Shown: positions 61,701 through 64,000 of the stretch, one piece after another | Layout of the letters: every line of letters starts with the position of its first letter | Position numbering within the stretch: the first letter of the stretch is position 1 | Assembly: GCA_963676915.2 (NCBI GenBank) | Contig: CAXXVK010000072.1 | Span: 190,359 to 254,358, forward strand | Origin: Myxococcota bacterium | Lineage (GTDB): Bacteria > Myxococcota_A > SURF-8 > G963663525 | Reading direction: 5' to 3' | Length of the DNA stretch: 64,000 bases | Notes under the pieces: model-generated | Seen by the model: only the letters and a program-made list of their open reading frames with translations | Told to the model about the DNA's origin: nothing | Database searches by the model: none | Position numbers and translations under genes: made by a program

Positions 61701-64000
61701 GGATCGTGCTCGGATTGTCTGCATCTACGATACAAGACGGTTCCCTTGGACGAACACTAACGATATCAGGGGGATTGTTGACGTTGGTGACGGAAATTTT
61801 CCATTCTTGGATTCCACCGTCCTGTTCCGGAGTCAACGCGGTGTCGGGATCGTCTACCATGATTGTAGCGCTATGGGGTTCGTCAGGCGGTGTATGACGA
61901 AGACAGGTTACATCTTCATTTGTGGGTTCCCAGTAGACCTGGCAAGTGTTTGGATTGATAGTCATCGTCGGGGGACCGTCCAGCAGGGTGCATGTCAGGC
62001 TCATGCGATCGACGATGCTGGGCTCGATGATGTCGGGGAGGAACTGGTAAGGAGCTGTATTGCCGGGATCGTATTCGTTTGCTGTGGTAGAAAACGAATC
62101 TTCATCAAACACTGGCACCACATTGTGGATGGTGATGTATTCTGACGTGATGTCAGGGTTGAAATCGTCCACGATTGTCGAAGTAATAGCCTGAGTGCCG
62201 TCGTCGTCGGTCAGACGCAAGGCGATCCGATGAGTTTCCGGGTGGTTGTCGTCGAACCGCAGGAACATTTCCCGCTCATCGTCGAAATTGGGGTCCGGTG
62301 TGAAGTTTGCCGGCTCTCCCTGGTAATTCGTGTCCCATTCGTACTTACGGATGCTCCCGGCGGGAATGGTCGAACTGTTGGCGTTCCAAGTGTGTTCCAT
62401 TCCTTCGTCAGAACCTTCATCCACTTCTGTCGGTCCGGTAATGATCGGAATCGGCGGGATGTCCGAAACGCCGACTTTTTTGACCGAAAACTTGGTTTCG
62501 GGATCGTCCGGGTCGCCGTCCGTAACACGAACGCCGACGTAATAATATCGGTTGCTGGTGAAACTTACCGAAACTTTATCGTAATTGAGCCAAAGAACAT
62601 TTTCTTCTTTGTTGGGGCAGAATTTGACCCATTCCTGGTCTTCAGTACCTTCGAACCACTGACAGCAGTCGGCGGATGTCGGGTCCGTGTCGCAGGCGGC
62701 TGTAGGATTGGGAATGGGTTGCTGGGTGCCGTTGACCACTTCCATATCCAGATCCCATTCTACGTTGACAATCGGGTCCGTGGGCGATCCGGTGCAATAA
62801 ACCATGCAGTTGTATAGATCCGTTTCACCGCTGCATTCAGGGTAGGGGCACGAATCGCCGAAGCAATGGCGGTCGGGACAGGCCGTCTCCAGGCAGGGCT
62901 GCCGGGAAATCGGGCGGGTGGTGTCGTCACAGTTCCAGATGTTGAATTCGGTTTCGATACCTTCCTCTATGGCTTCGTCGCCTTCCGGTCCGGAGAAGGT
63001 CAAGGACAGGGGAATATCGTCCACCGTGACATCCATCGTCGTACAGGCGCGGGATTTATAGAAGGGACTGTCGGGGTTGTTTACCCAATCGTCGTCGTAT
63101 ACACAGGCAACCACTCGGTATCGACCGTCCTGCGGGAAGGAATAGGACAGCGTGGTTTGGTTGTTGTACGCGGGATCGGGAGCGAACAGCGCGTAATCGA
63201 AAGGAAGATCCGGGGAGTAGTCGAACTGGTAGCGCCGCGTCTGGATGTATTGGCCGGGGGAATCTGCCGAGGCTTCGGGAGTCGTAGCAGCCGACGTGCC
63301 GAAACGGACGATATCTCCCGGACCCTCCAGAGGGTGGCGTTCGACGAACTGGCCGTTGTGCACCACGACTTTTTCCAACTCGATAGAAGGATAAGTGTTG
63401 ACGACCTCGATCAGTTTCGGTTGTGTGGTGTTCTCACGTCCGCAGACATCGAGAACCTTGAGGCGTACCAGATATTCGCCTTTCTGACTCCAACTCCAGG
63501 TTGTCGTGGTGTCCGTCGTGCCGTTTACTTCCCACGTTGGTTCGGATTCTTCGGGATCATAGTCGAAATCCCAGTAATATCGCTCTATGGCGGGTTCGTC
63601 GTCCGGGCATTCCGTGGTGGGGAAGGGGTTGTTTCCGGCTACGGACTGTCCACCGTTGAAGACGTATTCGATGCCTTCGCAGAATCCACCGGGTACGGCG
63701 TCCGGGTTGCAGCTTTCAAAAGGCTCGGGCATGTCGATAACTGGAACCGGACCTTCATTGATGACATTGACGAGCACTACCGCGATATCCGACTCCGGGT
63801 TGGGCAATATGTCGCTACGATCATCGGGAATACCGATATCTCCTGGGAATATGGATCATTGGGATTGCTGGGGTTGTAGTAATCCCGGTCGGCGTCGGTG
63901 ACTTTGACGGCGATACGTCGTAATCCAAGTTCACTTTGTTGTGTGAATTGCAACGGTCGGGTGGTCGAGGAGGAACCGCTTGGATTGAAGGCTCCCGGCG
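58729..64000 (-). CDS. Giant PKD/Ig-repeat cell-surface protein with MYXO-CTERM sorting signal (partial; frameshift near 63830-63870)
   Basis: Many PKD-like motifs (YxWDF, LDGS.S.DPD, Y.F.L.V.D), DxDxDxYG..C repeats, and C-terminus GCKC...LSVLALAVWRRRR. PKD-like coding (RIAVKVTDAD) continues in another frame to the window end. Confidence 0.8.

Overview
A 64 kb chromosomal window from an anaerobic deltaproteobacterial-type bacterium. A MYXO-CTERM surface protein and many acidic-linker lipoproteins suggest a Myxococcota-like lineage (inference). In order, the window holds: secreted lipoproteins and two tandem beta-barrel paralogs; an rpoN-ptsN-rapZ-(EIIA-Man/HPr fusion)-ptsI operon; a lipoprotein with a fourfold HCPPxxxxC repeat; slyD; a GAF/multi-PAS hybrid kinase; a TetR-headed operon built round an uncharacterised glycyl radical enzyme (GRE, SDR, acetoacetate-decarboxylase-like, acyl-CoA dehydrogenase, DMT, TauE) with no activase in the window; a ceramidase-like gene, lepA, SUMF1, GH92 and GH5 genes; a selenocysteine formate dehydrogenase with NuoE/NuoF-like (probably electron-bifurcating) subunits and an FdhD lacking its CxxC loop; a probable 6S RNA; an orphan monocistronic dsrD; two paired GTAG-REP elements; an SLC13 permease with a response regulator; a DUF6029-like barrel with two thioredoxins; and a giant PKD/MYXO-CTERM protein. 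Several genes are frameshifted, most likely through sequencing indels. No tRNA, rRNA, CRISPR array or transposase was seen. All calls are by eye from motifs; no searches were run. Best candidates for novelty are the activase-less GRE operon, the orphan dsrD, the HCPP-repeat lipoprotein and the DUF6029/dual-thioredoxin module.
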